Notes under the pieces: generated by a model | Told to the model about the DNA's origin: nothing | Databases searched by the model: none | What the model saw: the letters and a program-made list of their open reading frames with translations, nothing else | Made by a program: the position numbers and the translations under genes | NCBI RefSeq assembly: GCF_006345805.1 | Contig: NC_043001.1 | Span: 30,194,001-30,258,000 of the forward strand | From: Octopus sinensis | Lineage: Eukaryota | Direction of reading: 5' to 3' | Length of the DNA stretch: 64,000 nucleotides | In this document: piece by piece, positions 26,881 through 40,860 of the stretch | How the letters are laid out: every line of letters starts with the position of its first letter | Numbering within the stretch: the stretch's first letter is position 1

Positions 26881-27219
26881 CGCATACGAAATCTGCTTTC
26901 TCTGTTCACCTGGCAATGATTCTATATTGAATATACCATATGGAATCTCTACCTATTTATCAGTTAAATTTTGTCATTCTTTTATCAAGTTAACTTATCA
27001 ATGGCAGTTTAAATAAAACCTTAATAATTCTCCCTCTATCTGCCTAAGGGCATAGCATAGTGGATAAAGGTGTTGGTTAATGCAATGCAGTCACCTAGAC
27101 GTTCTGAGTTCAATCCTGGGCAAAGCACTAAGGTGAACCACAACACTCCTAAAGACAGTTGCAGTATATAACAGCCAGAATGTAATGTAAACAATAATCA
27201 AGAAATAAAAACACCAACC

Positions 27220-28210
27220 GAAGACCCGGCAAGACTAGTCAGGCCATAACCCGTGGCCCCTACTTGGGACGTAGTCAGTCCACCTGTGCATACCTTCCTT
27301 CCTTCTTGTGACACTTGTGAAGACCTGTGAAGACCTGTTGAGGCAAGTGAAAATCAAATCAAATCAGATCAAAATAGATAAACATCAATGGAATTTGTAT
27401 CTTTGTGGTACCAGTGCCGGTGGCACACAAGAAAACCATCCGAACGTGGCCGTAGCCAGTACCGCGTCGACTGGCCTCCGTGCTGTGGGCACGCAACAAA
27501 CACCATCCGATCGTGGCCGTTCGCCAGCCTCATCTGGCACCTGTGTCGGTGGCACATAAAAACACCATCGAAGACCCGGCAAGACTAGTCAGGCCATAAC
27601 CCGTGGCCCCTACCTGGGACGTAGTCAGTCCACCTGTGCATACCTTCCTTCTTGTGACACTTGTGAAGACCTGTTGAGGCAAGTGAAAATCAAATCAAAT
27701 CAAAACAAATCAAAATAGATGAACATCAATGGAATTTGTATCTTTGTGGTACCAGTGCCGGTGGTACCAGTGCCGGTGGCACACAAGAAAATCATCCGAA
27801 CGTGGCCGTAGCCAGTACCGCATAGACTGGCCTCCGTACTTTGGGGACGTAACAAACACCATCTGATCGTGGCCGTCCGCCAGCCTCATCTGGCACCTGT
27901 GTCGGTGGCACATAAAAACACCATCCGAGCGTGGCCGTCTGCCAGCCTCGTCTGGCACCTGTGTCGGTGGCACATAAAAACACCATCCGAGCGTGGCCGT
28001 TCGCCAGCCTCGTCTGGCACCTGTGTCGGTGGCACATAAAATCACCCACTACACTCTCGGAGTGGTTGGCGTTAGGAAGGGCATCCAGCTGTAGAAACAC
28101 TGCCAGATCTGACTGGCCTGGTGCAGCCTTCGGGCTCCCCAGACCCCAGTTGAACCGTCCAACCCATGCTAGCATGGAAAACGGACGCTAAATGATGATG
28201 ATGATGATGA
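27220..28210 (+). mobile_element. Young RTE-LINE 3' tail with a 350-bp head-to-tail duplication and three 62-bp units
   Basis: GAAGACCCGGCAAGACTAG at 27220 and 27570; same subfamily as 19998-20680 in the opposite orientation; (GAT)n tail. Confidence 0.85.
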
Positions 28211-29589
28211 AGGAAACCAGTCTGGTTAATGTAAACAGTAAGCATAACTTTTTCTTTATCTCAATGAGTGCTATATGATCTGAGGTATGAATGTATAGTG
28301 GCAGTTAATTTGATTTTGATATCCCAGGTTATACAAATTGGGATATATTCTAGATATTTTAAACTCATTTATTCTCAATATGGTTTTAAATACCTACCTT
28401 ACTTGGTAACAGCAAACTAATCAAATACAAATTGTTGGTATGTTTCCTTCTTAGCTTCTTTAATCCTTGAAACACTGGTGAAAAATTATTTCCATGAATG
28501 TTATTAATTGACAAGCAGGCGGAAGCATTTCTCAGCCAATGTTTTGTGGGAACACCACGCAGTGACTGAGTTAGCATATAAATTTAGAACTTGTATTCCT
28601 AAGCATTTTACTCACATTTTTTAATTAATTTGTGAGAGTAGATGGGACAGGCCCTTCCAGACTGTGATATCAATATCACTGATGTTCAGTTTGAACATGA
28701 ATGGGTTGATGAACGTAGCAAGTGAGAAATAGTAGCTAAATTTCCCTTGACTCATGTTATGTAGAAATAGCAAAGATACATTGATTAATGTGTCTTGCTA
28801 ATGTGTCTGAGACATATCCCTAAAAAGACTGGATGGCCACAACTGGAATAACATTGGTGATAGTTTTGCTAGATCAGGGTTGAGCTGGAGCTAAACAACA
28901 ACATAAATAGAGAAAGAATTCCAAAGAACTACAACAGTGAGCATGAAGGATTAGCTAAAAAGTTTATGGCAAGGTCTGAGAAGGTGAGACACAATAGAAA
29001 TATAAAGAGGTTGGAAAGATGGATGCATTGAGCTGACTTGGTTGAAGAAGCTTCCTAATAATACGAGTAGTTGTAATAGAAAAATCAGAAAGGAATGGCA
29101 TGCCAGTGAGATACGTGTTCACCCTATTAGATAATAAGCCATTGCCAATTAACTGGCTGACCTTTTGGTGGGGCCATAATCAGAGATATGGATAAAGAAA
29201 TAGATTTCTAGACAGTTCAGGATGGCCAATGGTTCAACCACTGTGTCAATAATAATTGCATTCAAGAAGAGTGAGAAACAAGGAGAGTTATTCACATTGA
29301 AATATTATGATAATAATTAGGTGTAGGAAGTTAGTGAATTTATATGCAGAAGTTTATATACAGCAAATGCAGTGAAACGCATACAAACATAATACTACTA
29401 TACAGAAGTATGTAAAATATACAGATATTTTAGGTAAATTTGAGGTAAATGGACTGCAAAAGTGAGGTAGACTAAGGAAAATCTGGAGGAGATTGGGGGG
29501 GAGGGTGAGAAGGGAGGACGCCCAAAACCAGGCAAATTGGTGAGATGGTGTGAGGGTGGTTGCTATGGTATTGAGGTAGATCTGGTCAC

Positions 29590-29990
29590 CCCCATTAACT
29601 AACCTTCTCCACTGGCCCCTTTACCACAGCAACTTCCACCCTCTGATCCCATTCATTCTCCTCATTCAAAATTCCCTCCATATGCTCCTTCCAAACTCCT
29701 CCACTGTCCTTTTCACTAAAATTCAACCTTCCATCACTCCCCCTCGTGCATCTTCGTCCCTCAACATCTCTTCCATCTTTTTTCATTGATTTAATAAACC
29801 TAAACACTCTATCTGGGTTCTCATCCATCCCGCTCAACCTCTCCTCAGCCCCCTTCCTCATAGATCTCGCAACTACCCTCTTTGCATGATTCTTCATGTT
29901 CTTATACCTGGCTTTCATTTGCTGAGTCCTATTATTACATAAAGCTTTGTGCACCTCCTTCTTCCTCGCTATCACATCCCTCACCTCCTC
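29590..29990 (-). mobile_element. RTE LINE fragment (linker N-terminal to RT)
   Basis: VFRFIKSMKKDGRDVEG.RC.RGSDGRLNFSEKD...WKEHMEGILNEENEWD. Confidence 0.8.
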
Positions 29991-31369
29991 ATTCTACCAC
30001 AACATAATGTGTGAAAAACATAATAGAAATTTTGAAAAAAGTTTCTATAAAACTAGTTTTTAGACATCGAGTAGCTATGGGGATCCACCAGAATAAAATA
30101 GTAATCATTGGGGTCCATAAATAAAAAATGGTCAGGAACCCCTGATCTACATTCATTCCAGGAACCCCAAAGATCCTGAATTACCTTAACTACAAAAGGC
30201 AAGTGCCTTTTCCCAGCTGTGTTTTCTGGCTTGTAAGTATGTACTCAGAGTAGGTCCATCCATCTACCCAGACCACACCATCACTCTTGTTCACCATTCA
30301 GTAAACCCCACTTCCACCCTCACTTTACTCTCAAAATGATATTACAAGGACTTGATAAGGTCTTGGCTGAAAAGAAAAGTGTTTGTTCTTAGTCCTGTTG
30401 ATCTTATCATAATAATGATTTCTAACTTCTTTAGAAATCCATAAATTGGTAAGAGAGAGGAATTGCTGGCTGAATCCCTTCCAGTATATAAGGGGCCTTT
30501 GTTTTTATCAAACCCAGTGTGATAAAATAAAATTGACCCTGTGAAGGGGCTGGAGTTCAGAACACAACTAAATATTACTTAATCTAGTATTCTACTGTTT
30601 TAAATACTTAACTACCTCTTGTAATGTATTAATATTAACGATAGCTTAGATAAGGGACTATAAGTGGATAATGTGTTAAACTATCAGCTTACAAATCATT
30701 ATTGGAAGTGTACTGCTCCCTTGGTCAATATACTTGATCTCTTGATAACATAATCAACCTAGCTGTGAATTAGATAACAAAAGAATTTAGTAATACAGAT
30801 CTTCTGTTGTTTTTCATTAACATTAATAATGATTTCATTAACTCTTTCATATTTTACTGAGGCTAATTAAACCCCTGAGATAACCTTAAACTATTCTCTT
30901 TAAGTTTTATTCTGTATTTGTGATATCTTCTATTTTTTCTAAAGTTTCATCATGCTATTCAAAGTTTTACTGTCTATTATGAGAAGGAAGATTTACTTAG
31001 TTTACACACATTTTATTATTATTAAATTGTCACCTCAATGATAACGAATCTTTCAGGTTTGCATGGTCCCACATTCCTGTTGATTTCCCCTTTTAATCCT
31101 TCTATAATTATAACTAAAGTAGCTGAAAGAAGTAAGATCAGATTTTCATTTCAGAATAGGAATAAAACTATAATACATAGTATAACACATAACAAGTATA
31201 TATCCTTAGCAACAAAAACTTCCAACAACTAGTTTGCTACACATGTTCCATTCTGTTTTTCATATCAACTGAAGCTTTTATCTCCCTCGGAGCTCAATTC
31301 TAACAACACAACTTATCTTAAATTCTGACAGTGCATGTGAATACATAAGTAACTTCAGTAACCTTGTGT

Positions 31370-32860
31370 TTGTTTATTCTCTGCTTGCCATTTCCTACCT
31401 GGCATAGCCCTAAATTGTTTGTCATCAGTAAGGGAATATTTAATGCTGTATAAGATAAAGGTAAATGACTTCAAAATAATTTCTTTTTTTTTCTATGTTA
31501 TAATTTTAAATTTGTCCATTATTTTCATATTTTTCAAATTCAGATTTTTGCTTATCATGAATTCATTTATCTCATATTGTTTTATATTTCACCATTATCT
31601 ATATTATTGTTTTATGTCTACAATCAGCATGCCTTGAGTATTGGTGGTGCAAATATAGTTGCTTGAACAAAATAACTGATTGGCATTTTTAAAGATGATC
31701 ACCTGGATTTTAATGTAGGCATGCTGTTCTGAAATTTATAATTTAAGATATATGGTTCCCATTTTCAATGTTATTGGGTATTATTGAAGAAATTTTGATT
31801 GGACAGTTCAACTACATAGAACTGTTTGAAACACATAGAAGTAATTGGTTGAACATCTGTTGTCTTTTGTGTAGTTTCACCATCCTTCTTTCAGAGAATA
31901 AATCTTCATTTTCATTAAATCTATTCCAGATGTTCATATTTGTGAAACATTTTTCATTCCCATGACACTCTTGCTACTTACAGTGATGAATTACCATTAC
32001 ATTCAGGTTCTGAGTAGAGAAGATTGAAGTTGCTTTGTTCTCCATTTGAATGGTATTCATTAACTGCTCCATGATGATCATTCTCAACCCAACACATCTA
32101 CAGTCAAAGATGGTGACACTCAAAACTATTTATTGGAGTTTATATTTTCATAGGGTTTCTCTTCTTTAACATTACCAAATATAAGTTGGGTGATCGGGTC
32201 AAAACATCCCTCTTGAAGTCTTCAAAACATATATCCTTCTGCCTTGAGAAGATAGTCAGCTTATACAAGAGAAGTTGGTTTTGTTGTTCATGTTGTCGGG
32301 GAAACTGGAATTAGTATGAGTGTCATAGAGTGGTAATAATAATAATAATAATAATAATATAATAATAATGAAATTATTGTATACAGTGCTCCGGTGCACC
32401 ACAACTTGTCAAAGGTGCGTATAAAGCATATGCAGTAATGTACAAATGTCTGGAAAGTGAACAGTGTATGAGTCAGATACATGCTTGCATGTGTATGGAG
32501 GGGAGAAATCTCCCAACAAGTTGAGTCTGCAATGCAGGTTCAATTTTCAGTATCATTTCACATGCCTCTTGTATCTGTGATTTCCAGCTGTATTCTCTGC
32601 TTGCCATTTCCTACCTGGCATAGCCCTAAATTGTTTGTCATCAGTAAGGGAATATTTAATGCTGTATAAAGTAAAGGTAAATGACTTCAAAATAATTTCT
32701 CTTTTTTTTTCTGTTATAATTTTAAATTTGTCCATTCTTTTCATATTTTTCAAATTCAGATTTTTGCTTATCATAAATTCATTTATCTCACTGGCATTTT
32801 TAAAGTTGATCACCTGGATTTTAATGTAGGCATGCTGTTCTGAAATGTATAATTTAATGC
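31370..32860. repeat. Dispersed direct duplication (31370-31560 and 31680-31745 repeated contiguously at 32590-32855)
   Basis: TCTCTGCTTGCCATTTCCTACCTGGCATAGCCC... is shared; the motif GCATGCTGTTCTGAAA occurs three times (about 31720, 32830, 33105). Confidence 0.8.
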
Positions 32861-33234
32861 TAGAGAAGTATAGACTTGACCATACTGACTTGCCTTTAAT
32901 CATGTTAAGCAAAAACAATGTAATTAAAGGTGACTGAAACATTTTCATTTCAATAATTCTTGTTAAATTCTTTGATATTAACAAATGTTATTGATCTATA
33001 AACGCTATACATCACCTTTTCCAGCATACAACTAGAACTTGTTTTATTGGCCTCGGATAGAGAAAATTATCAGTTAGCTATGGTTAAATTTGAAACTAGG
33101 TCTGCATGCTGTTCTGAAAACTCTTACAAGCTGCTTGTTTCATTGTCCCAGTTTGCTTTATATTGATGAGGTAAATATATTTTGAATGAAATCTTGATAT
33201 ATTTTTCATTTTCCAAACTTTATAGAGATGTCGT

Positions 33235-33600
33235 CGTCGTTTAACATCCGCTTTCAATGCTAGCATGGGTTGGACGGTTTGACTGTGGGCTGGTGAACCA
33301 GATGGCTGCACCAGGCCCCAGTCTTGATCTGGAAGAGTTTCTACAGCTGGATGCCCTTCCTAAAGCCAACCACTTCGAGAGTGTAGTGAGTGCTTTTACA
33401 TGCCACCGGCACGGGGGCCAGTCAGGTGGTACTGGCAACAACCTCGCTCGAATTTTTTTTTTTTTCACACATGCCAACGGCACAGGTGCCAGTAAGGCGA
33501 TGCTGGTAATGATCCCACTCGAATGGTGCCTCCTACATGCCACAGGCACGGAAGCCAGTTAGCCACTCTGGCAATGATCTTAGCCGCTCTGGCAATGATC
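33235..33600 (-). mobile_element. RTE-LINE 3' tail
   Basis: Same family motifs. Confidence 0.75.
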
Positions 33601-34235
33601 ATATACCTAATAATATTTGTACACATGATTTCTATCATGGAAAACAGCTGAACAAAAGTCTTAAAATAGTAGTAATTTGTTTAAGAAAAAATGCTGTAAC
33701 TAACATATTAAAATGAAGAGAACTGAATTCTCTGACAAAATATTTTCCCATAGTAGTACATTTGCTTTCTTTGGCCCTGTATCACACTGTTGATAATTTC
33801 TATGATTCTTTACTTTCTCTATAGTAAAATTCCTTAATCTATTATTACAATGAAGATGATGATTACTTTCTCTTTTATCAAGAGAAACAGTCCTTATTGC
33901 AAAGGTACAATTTAGTTCATTACATACAAATAAACAAAATACAAATCATAAGTTATGACACATATGCATGTGTATTGGTGGAAGTGTATATATAATATAC
34001 TTTAATATATAATATAATGTAATATAATATTATATTACATTGTGTGTGTGTGTGTGTGTGTACTGACACATGTGGGTGTGTAGTAAGAAGTTTGTTTCCT
34101 AGCCAAATGGTTTCAGATTCAGTCCCACTGTATGGCACCTTGGGCAAGTGTCTTCTACTATAACCCTCGGCTATCCAGAGACTTGTGAGTGGATTTGGTT
34201 GACAGAAACTGAAAGAAGCCTATTGTATATATATA

Positions 34236-34281
<46 letters not shown>

Positions 34282-34690
34282 TATTATATGTATATGAAAA
34301 TTGAACTGTTAATCCCTACAAATTCTTTTCTCCGTTTTTGTTTCTTTTTCTCTCTCTCCATTTTTTCCTTTCAAAGCTTTCTGTCAAAGATCAAACACTT
34401 TTCCATTCTATCCAAATGTCAAACTAATACACCTGCTTGTTGTTCCCTCACCTGCCTTCATCTTTGTTTTTGATGTCTGTTGTCCATGCTGGCATGGAGT
34501 GGACACTTTGACCAGAGCTGGCAAGCTGGGGAGCTGCACCAGACTTCAGTTGGATTTGGCATGGTTTCTACAGCTCAATACCTTTCCTAATGCCAACCAC
34601 TTTACAAAGTGTGCTGGATGTTTTTACACAACACTTCATGGGTGCTTTTGTGTGGCACTATCATGCATGTTTTACACTATACATATATAT

Positions 34691-36190
34691 ATGGCTGAAG
34701 ATTAGCACCATGCTTGAAACTTCTTAGTACTCTGAGTTTCAAGCATGGCACTAATCTTCAGCCATTGGAGTTTGAATGAGAGGATGGTTGAAGAGAGTCA
34801 ATGTATATTACAAACGTTAGCCTGAAATTGGTCGAGAAAGGTCATGCAATGTCACAGTTTGATGTTGGTATTTCAGCAACAACAATTACCTGGAAATTAC
34901 TGCATGGTGAACAGGAAATCAACCCTTGTAATTAGAAACCTGATTTCAGGCATTAGCAAATGGGAATCTAAACTCTCTTCCAATAGGGAAATCTTTAATG
35001 GAGCTGCCCTCCCCCCCTACAAGGATGCTTTGGTTAAGAGCAGATTTTCTGAGAAGCTCACATATGTGGACGATCCACAAACCCCCTCTCCTCACCCCAA
35101 GAGAATTAGGAAAAGGAAAATTATCTGGTCTAACCTCCCATTTAACCTAGAAGTTTCTACCAACATAGCCAGGGGCTTCCTATCGTTAACTAAGAAACAT
35201 TTCCTCAAACTCTTCAATCCCCATAATGTTAAGGTGAGCTACTCCTGCTTAGACAACATTGCACACATCAACAGGCATAAAAATGCTCCACACAACCCTC
35301 AATCCCAACTTGCAACAGCTGAAATCCCATCACCTGTCCTCTAGAAGGATCCTGCCTCTCAAGGGCTGTAGTATACAGTGCCACCCTTGCACCATCCGAT
35401 GGCATCATAGGCATTATATGGGTATGACAGCCAATGACTTCAAGGGATGGTACTCCCAGCACATACACTCTTTCAGATCCAGGGATAGAGAGAACTCCAC
35501 TTCTCTGTCGTGCTTTCTCTGGAAACTCTATGACCTCCAAGATGAAACACCCAGCATCGAGTGGACTATTGTCAACAGGACATCACCATATTCATCTGGT
35601 GCCCCTAATTGTCAGCTCTGCCTCCATGAAAAACTGCATATCATCTACCAACCCACAGTATCCATCTACAAGAAATACGATCTATCCTGTTGCTGCCACC
35701 AAAGGTATACTCTTCTGGTAAATTTCAAGCCACTGGCCACCAACAACCTGGATATGCCTCCTTAGTACCAGCTTCCCCCGCCTGCACCAAGATCACTGTC
35801 ACCAACTAACCCCCATGAACAGTACCACAAATCAACAATCTCCAACACTTCTTCATGCTTGTCTATGCACATACTCTCACCCCTTGTACATAACCACACA
35901 AGTATACGCGTGCACATGAGTGTGCATGCATGTGCATATACATCTGCACACTGTATGTGTGCATGTGTGGATATATGCACCATGCAGTCGATTTCCTTTT
36001 AACCGTGCAGTATTTTCAAAGTAATTGTTGTCACTGAAATACCAGCATCAAACTACAATACCATATGACCTTTCTCAACCAATCGCAGGCTAACATCCAT
36101 AATAAGCATTGACTCTCTTCAACCATCCTCTCATTCAAACTCCAATGGCCAACGATCAGCACCGTGTTTGAAACTCAGAATACTAAAGAG
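34691..36190 (+). mobile_element. Penelope-like element fragment (post-RT linker and GIY-YIG endonuclease, frameshifted) flanked by inverted pseudo-LTRs
   Basis: RKRKIIWSNLPFN...FNPHNVKVSYSC, then VVY...HYMGMTANDFK...HSFR...LWKL...CQLCLHEKLHII (about 34900-35745). About 210-bp inverted flanks at 34691-34900 and 35970-36190. Confidence 0.85.
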
Positions 36191-36809
36191 TTTGAATCAA
36201 ACTGTTTTGATCCATACAGGTAACTCCCAGTAAAGGTGTTGAGTACCCTTCTTTCATTTGTCTACTCACTCCTGACCCATGATGACCTAAAGTGGTGTCA
36301 TTCTTTTCATGTTGCCTTCAATCATAGTGGACAGGATTTTCTGAGATTCTCGCTCTACCCTCCTGTCTAGTCCTTTAGGTCAGTTTTCATTTCTTCTTTG
36401 TGTTATCCATTTTTGTTTTGTCTTGCAGCCCCAAGGTTTTACATTTATGTATTATCATTGTTAATTGTTGTCTTTGTGAAACCTTAAGCCTTTATTCTGT
36501 TTATTGTTTTGTCCCCTATCCATCCACTAATTGTCTTGTCTCAAGCCCATTTCATTTTGCTATGTTTAGGTCCGATTCCTGGCAAATTTCTTGTAGGTGC
36601 CTTCAGAGTGGAAGAAATATTATCAATAATGGCTGAAATTGCATTTGACTATGTTTTCTATCTGCCTGTGTATTTAGAATGTGTTCATTTATTTACCATA
36701 CGTTTTTTAATCATATATATATAGGTAGGTCATATTTTCCATTTGTTGTCTTTTTATTTAATCCTGAAAATATTATTTATGTAATGAATGCACTCCTTAA
36801 TTTTTTTGC

Positions 36810-36845
<36 letters not shown>

Positions 36846-37639
36846 TGAGAATGTATGTATGTCTGTCTGTATGCATCATTAAAACTCAAGAACTACCCAA
36901 CTGATTTCATTCAAATCTTACACATGCCTTACTTAAAGTCCATGAAGTGTCATGGGCCAAAAACATTTTCAACTTCTTGCCTAATGCAAGCCTGGAACAA
37001 TCTTTTATCTCTTACACTATTTCAGTATTATGTGTCAAGAGTGAAACAATATCATCTCTATTGTAATGTGAGATAATACTTTCAGTTTTAATACTGTAGA
37101 CATAGTTACTCCAGTCAGTGGGAGAGAGAGAAAGAGACAGACAGAGAGAGAGAGAGAGAGAGAGAGAAATGGCAAGCAAGAGAGTGAGGGAGAGAAACAG
37201 AGCAAAGGAGATGGTAGTGATATGCCAGGGCATGCTCTCAAGATACAAGGAGATGAATGTAGATGGAATGACTGAGGATTGCCCAGAGTGTTTGTGCAAG
37301 GAGTTCACAAAAGGACAAAAGAGAAAGAGGAGATGGAAAGGGAAGAATGCAGTGGGTGGCTAACCACAGGTGTGTAGGGGGAGGCAACAGGATAGCAATT
37401 ATACAGTTGGCAGGGAAAGGAGAAGAAAGAGGGATAACCAAGTGATGTTGGGTTGCAGGTTTTGGGTGGGGAAACCAGCATAATGCATGAAGAAAAGATG
37501 TAGTTTGGTTTATTGGTATGAGATGTGTGAATTATTGCTACTTGTTGGTAGAATATACATCACTTCCAGAACTCAGTTTCCTTGAGGGGAGCAGGTCTCA
37601 TATTGCTAGACATCTCAATCCATTGTCATCACCTCTGGG

Positions 37640-38620
37640 AGGCTCAGCATCTTGAGATCAGCTGTCACTACTTCATCTCATGTCTTCCTGGGTCTTCCTC
37701 TTCCACAAGTGCCATCCACTTTAAGCAATCAGCACTTCTTTATACAGTTCTCATCATTCAAATACTTCAGGTGACCAAACTATCATGGTCATCTCTCTTG
37801 CATGCTATACCTGGTTACCCTAATGCCCAACTTCTCTCCACACATTTGTACTTGTCATACATGCACTCTGACACACTAGCTTCATTCCTCTACAGTCTGT
37901 GCATGCCATCTGCATTCAGGGCCCACATCTCATTACCATGAAGCATAGTCATTTATACACAAGCATCATACAATCTGCCTTTTGCCAACAAAGGTAATAT
38001 CTCTCTGAACTTTCTCCATCCTATTCTTATTCTAGCAACAATACTTTCAGAGCATCCTCCCCCACTGCTAATTTGGTCACTTAGGTAACAGAAATTATTT
38101 ACAACCTCAAGGAAACCATCTGGGCATTTGAGCAAATCTAATTCTTATGTTTATTGTTCATGCACGTCTGCCATATGCAAAGGCTTTCTCAGTTAACCTT
38201 CCTGTGATTCCACTGCACCTCTTATGTGTCCATACCTTGTACTGGATACACCAAATTGAATTTCTACCAACATCATTTCTACATATCAAACAGGACTTTA
38301 ATCTCGAAGTAATTTGTCTACTTTCCTGCTCACTAGTACTTTGGTCTTTGCTAAATTAATTCTATGGCCCTTAGATTCTGGTCCCTGCTTCCACAACTGA
38401 AATTTCTTGTCTAATTCTAGTAGAGATTCATCTATAAGAATAAAGTTGTCAACACAGAGTAGCTTGACTAGAGGCTTAGGATAAGCAACAGAGGTCTGAG
38501 AACCAATCCTTGGTAAACTCCTACTTCCTCACAGTTCTTTGTTATATTCTTTGCTAATTTTCACCCTACTGACAGCATCCTTGTAAATGGCTTGCACAGA
38601 TCTCACCAACCACTTATCAA
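37640..38620 (-). mobile_element. RTE LINE RT fragment with Cys-rich insert, degenerate
   Basis: WLVRSVQAIYKDAVSRVK...INLAKTKVLVS...CLIC...SIWC...WTHKRCSGI...LEVVNNFCYLSDQISSGGGCSESIVARIRIGWRKFRE. Confidence 0.8.
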
Positions 38621-39469
38621 CTCCTAGACAAAAACATGTGTGTTACCGCAAAGAAAATACACGGTTGCCCAACCTGGGGTAAGTGCAAGAGAAGGAGAGT
38701 GAGAGAGAATGGAAGACTGCAGGATGGAGATAGTGGCAAAACGCCAGGCATACTCACAAGAAACGGGGATTAGAGTATAAATGAGATGGTTGAGTAAAGG
38801 AAGAGAGAGCTATAGATACTGGCAAGTACCAGGGCATACACTTGAGGTTCAAATGCCATGATATATGTGGCAGGATATTGTGATGAGAATGTGATTAATG
38901 AGTGCAAGTAAGTGGCAAAAGACTTGGGTATATATATATATAGAGTTGGAGGGGCTACCAGATAGTAATGATACAGAGGAACAGGAGTGTGAGGACAGAA
39001 TTGGGGAATGTGAGCTAGGCAAGGAGAGCTAGGCATAGTGAATGAACGAGGAAATGCAAGAAAGAGAAGAGATGTAGTTTGGTTCGTTGTGGTGGAGTGA
39101 GGGAAAAGTTTTCTTGTTACATGTGGATGGAACACCCAGGTCAGGGGCTAGTAGATGGCAATAATAGAGTGAGACAAGGTATGTGGGTAGAATGCACAGA
39201 TTGGGGGCAAACAGAGAGCAATGATACAGTGGCACAAGGCCAAGAGGACAATATTGGGTAGCGGGAGGCAATCATAGTACATGAAGTGGAAATGTGAGGA
39301 AGAGAAGGGATGTAGAGACATAGTTTGATTCGTTGTGATAGAGTGTGTGAGAAGTTTTCTTGTTAAGTGTGGGTGGGACACACAGCACTTCTAGAACTCA
39401 GTTTTGCTAATTTGGGCAGGTCATCTCACAAACTTCATATCACCAGACATCTTGGTCCATGGTCATTTC

Positions 39470-40130
39470 CTCCATGAGATTCAACTTCCTGAGAAGTATA
39501 TATAAGACATGGGATGAGGTGGTCAAGCATGACCTTCGAACATTGGGCTTCACAGAGGCAATGACGAAAGACTGAGACATCTGGAGATATGCTGTGACTG
39601 CGAAGACCCGGTAAATAACGTGAGATCATGGCTGTTTCCTGCACCAGCTTCACATAGCAGCCCCAGCCCATCAAAAGTACCTTGGATTGCAGAACGGCCT
39701 GCTGGGCTTACCTTGGATTGTAGGGCGACCTGCTGCGCTTGAGGAAACCTACTGAGTCAAGTACATCAACATCAAAATAAAAATCAAATGGAAATTGTAG
39801 TTGTGATACCCGTGCTGGTGGCACATAAAAAGCACCATCCGAACGTGGCCGATGCCAGTGCCGCCTTGACTGGCTTCCATGCTGATGGCATATAAAAAGC
39901 ACCAACTGATCGTGGCTGTTGCCAGGCTCCCCTGGCACCTATGCTGGTGGCACGTAAAAAGCACCCACTACATTCACGAAGTGGTTGGCGTTAGGAAGGG
40001 CATCCAGCTGTAGAAACACTGCCAGATCAGACTGGAGCCTGGTGCAGCCTCCTGGCTTCCCAGACCCCAGTCAAACCGTCCAAAACATGCTAGCATGGAA
40101 AACGGATGTTAAACGATGATGATGATGATG
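39470..40130 (+). mobile_element. RTE-LINE ORF2 end plus 3' tail
   Basis: KTWDEVVKHDLRTLGFTEAMTKD..IWRYAVTAKTR-stop, then UTR and (GAT)n. Confidence 0.8.
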
Positions 40131-40384
40131 ATATACATATATAACAAAAGAGAGGGGTGTATTTCCATGCAGGAAAAAATATAGGCAACTTTGTTGTTGA
40201 AAATGCACCGAAATTTGAAATTGTTTTTAAATAAATTTATTTACATATATACCAAACTAGTTTCAACAATATTTTTTGTTTATCAATAGTAAAAATCTAG
40301 AATTATGAATTAGAAATATATTTTTAAAAGTTTCAATGTTGACAAGTTTAAATGTTCATAACAGTCAATAATATAAATACTGTG

Positions 40385-40438
<54 letters not shown>

Positions 40439-40439
40439 T

Positions 40440-40850
40440 CTTTTACTCTTTTACTTGTTTCAGTCATTTGACTGCGGCCATGCTGGAGCACCGCCTTTAG
40501 TCGAGCAAATCGACCCTGGGACTTAGTCTTTGTAAGCCCAGTACTTATTCTATCGGTCTCTTTTGCCGAACCGCTAAGTAACGGGGACGTAAACACACCA
40601 GCATCGGTTGTCAAGCAATGCTTGGGGGACAAACACAGACACACAAACACATACACACACACTGATATATATATATATACATATATACGACAGGCTTCTT
40701 TCAGTTTCCATCTACCAAATCCACTCACAAGGCATTGGTCGGCCTGGGGCTATAGCAGAAGACACTTGCCCAAGATGTCATGCAGTGGGACTGAACCCGG
40801 AACCATGTGGTTGGTTAGCAAGCTACTTACCACACAGCCACTCCTGTGCC
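40440..40850 (-). mobile_element. SINE family A, full length
   Basis: Reverse-strand copy with intact head. Confidence 0.85.
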
Positions 40851-40860
40851 TATATATATA

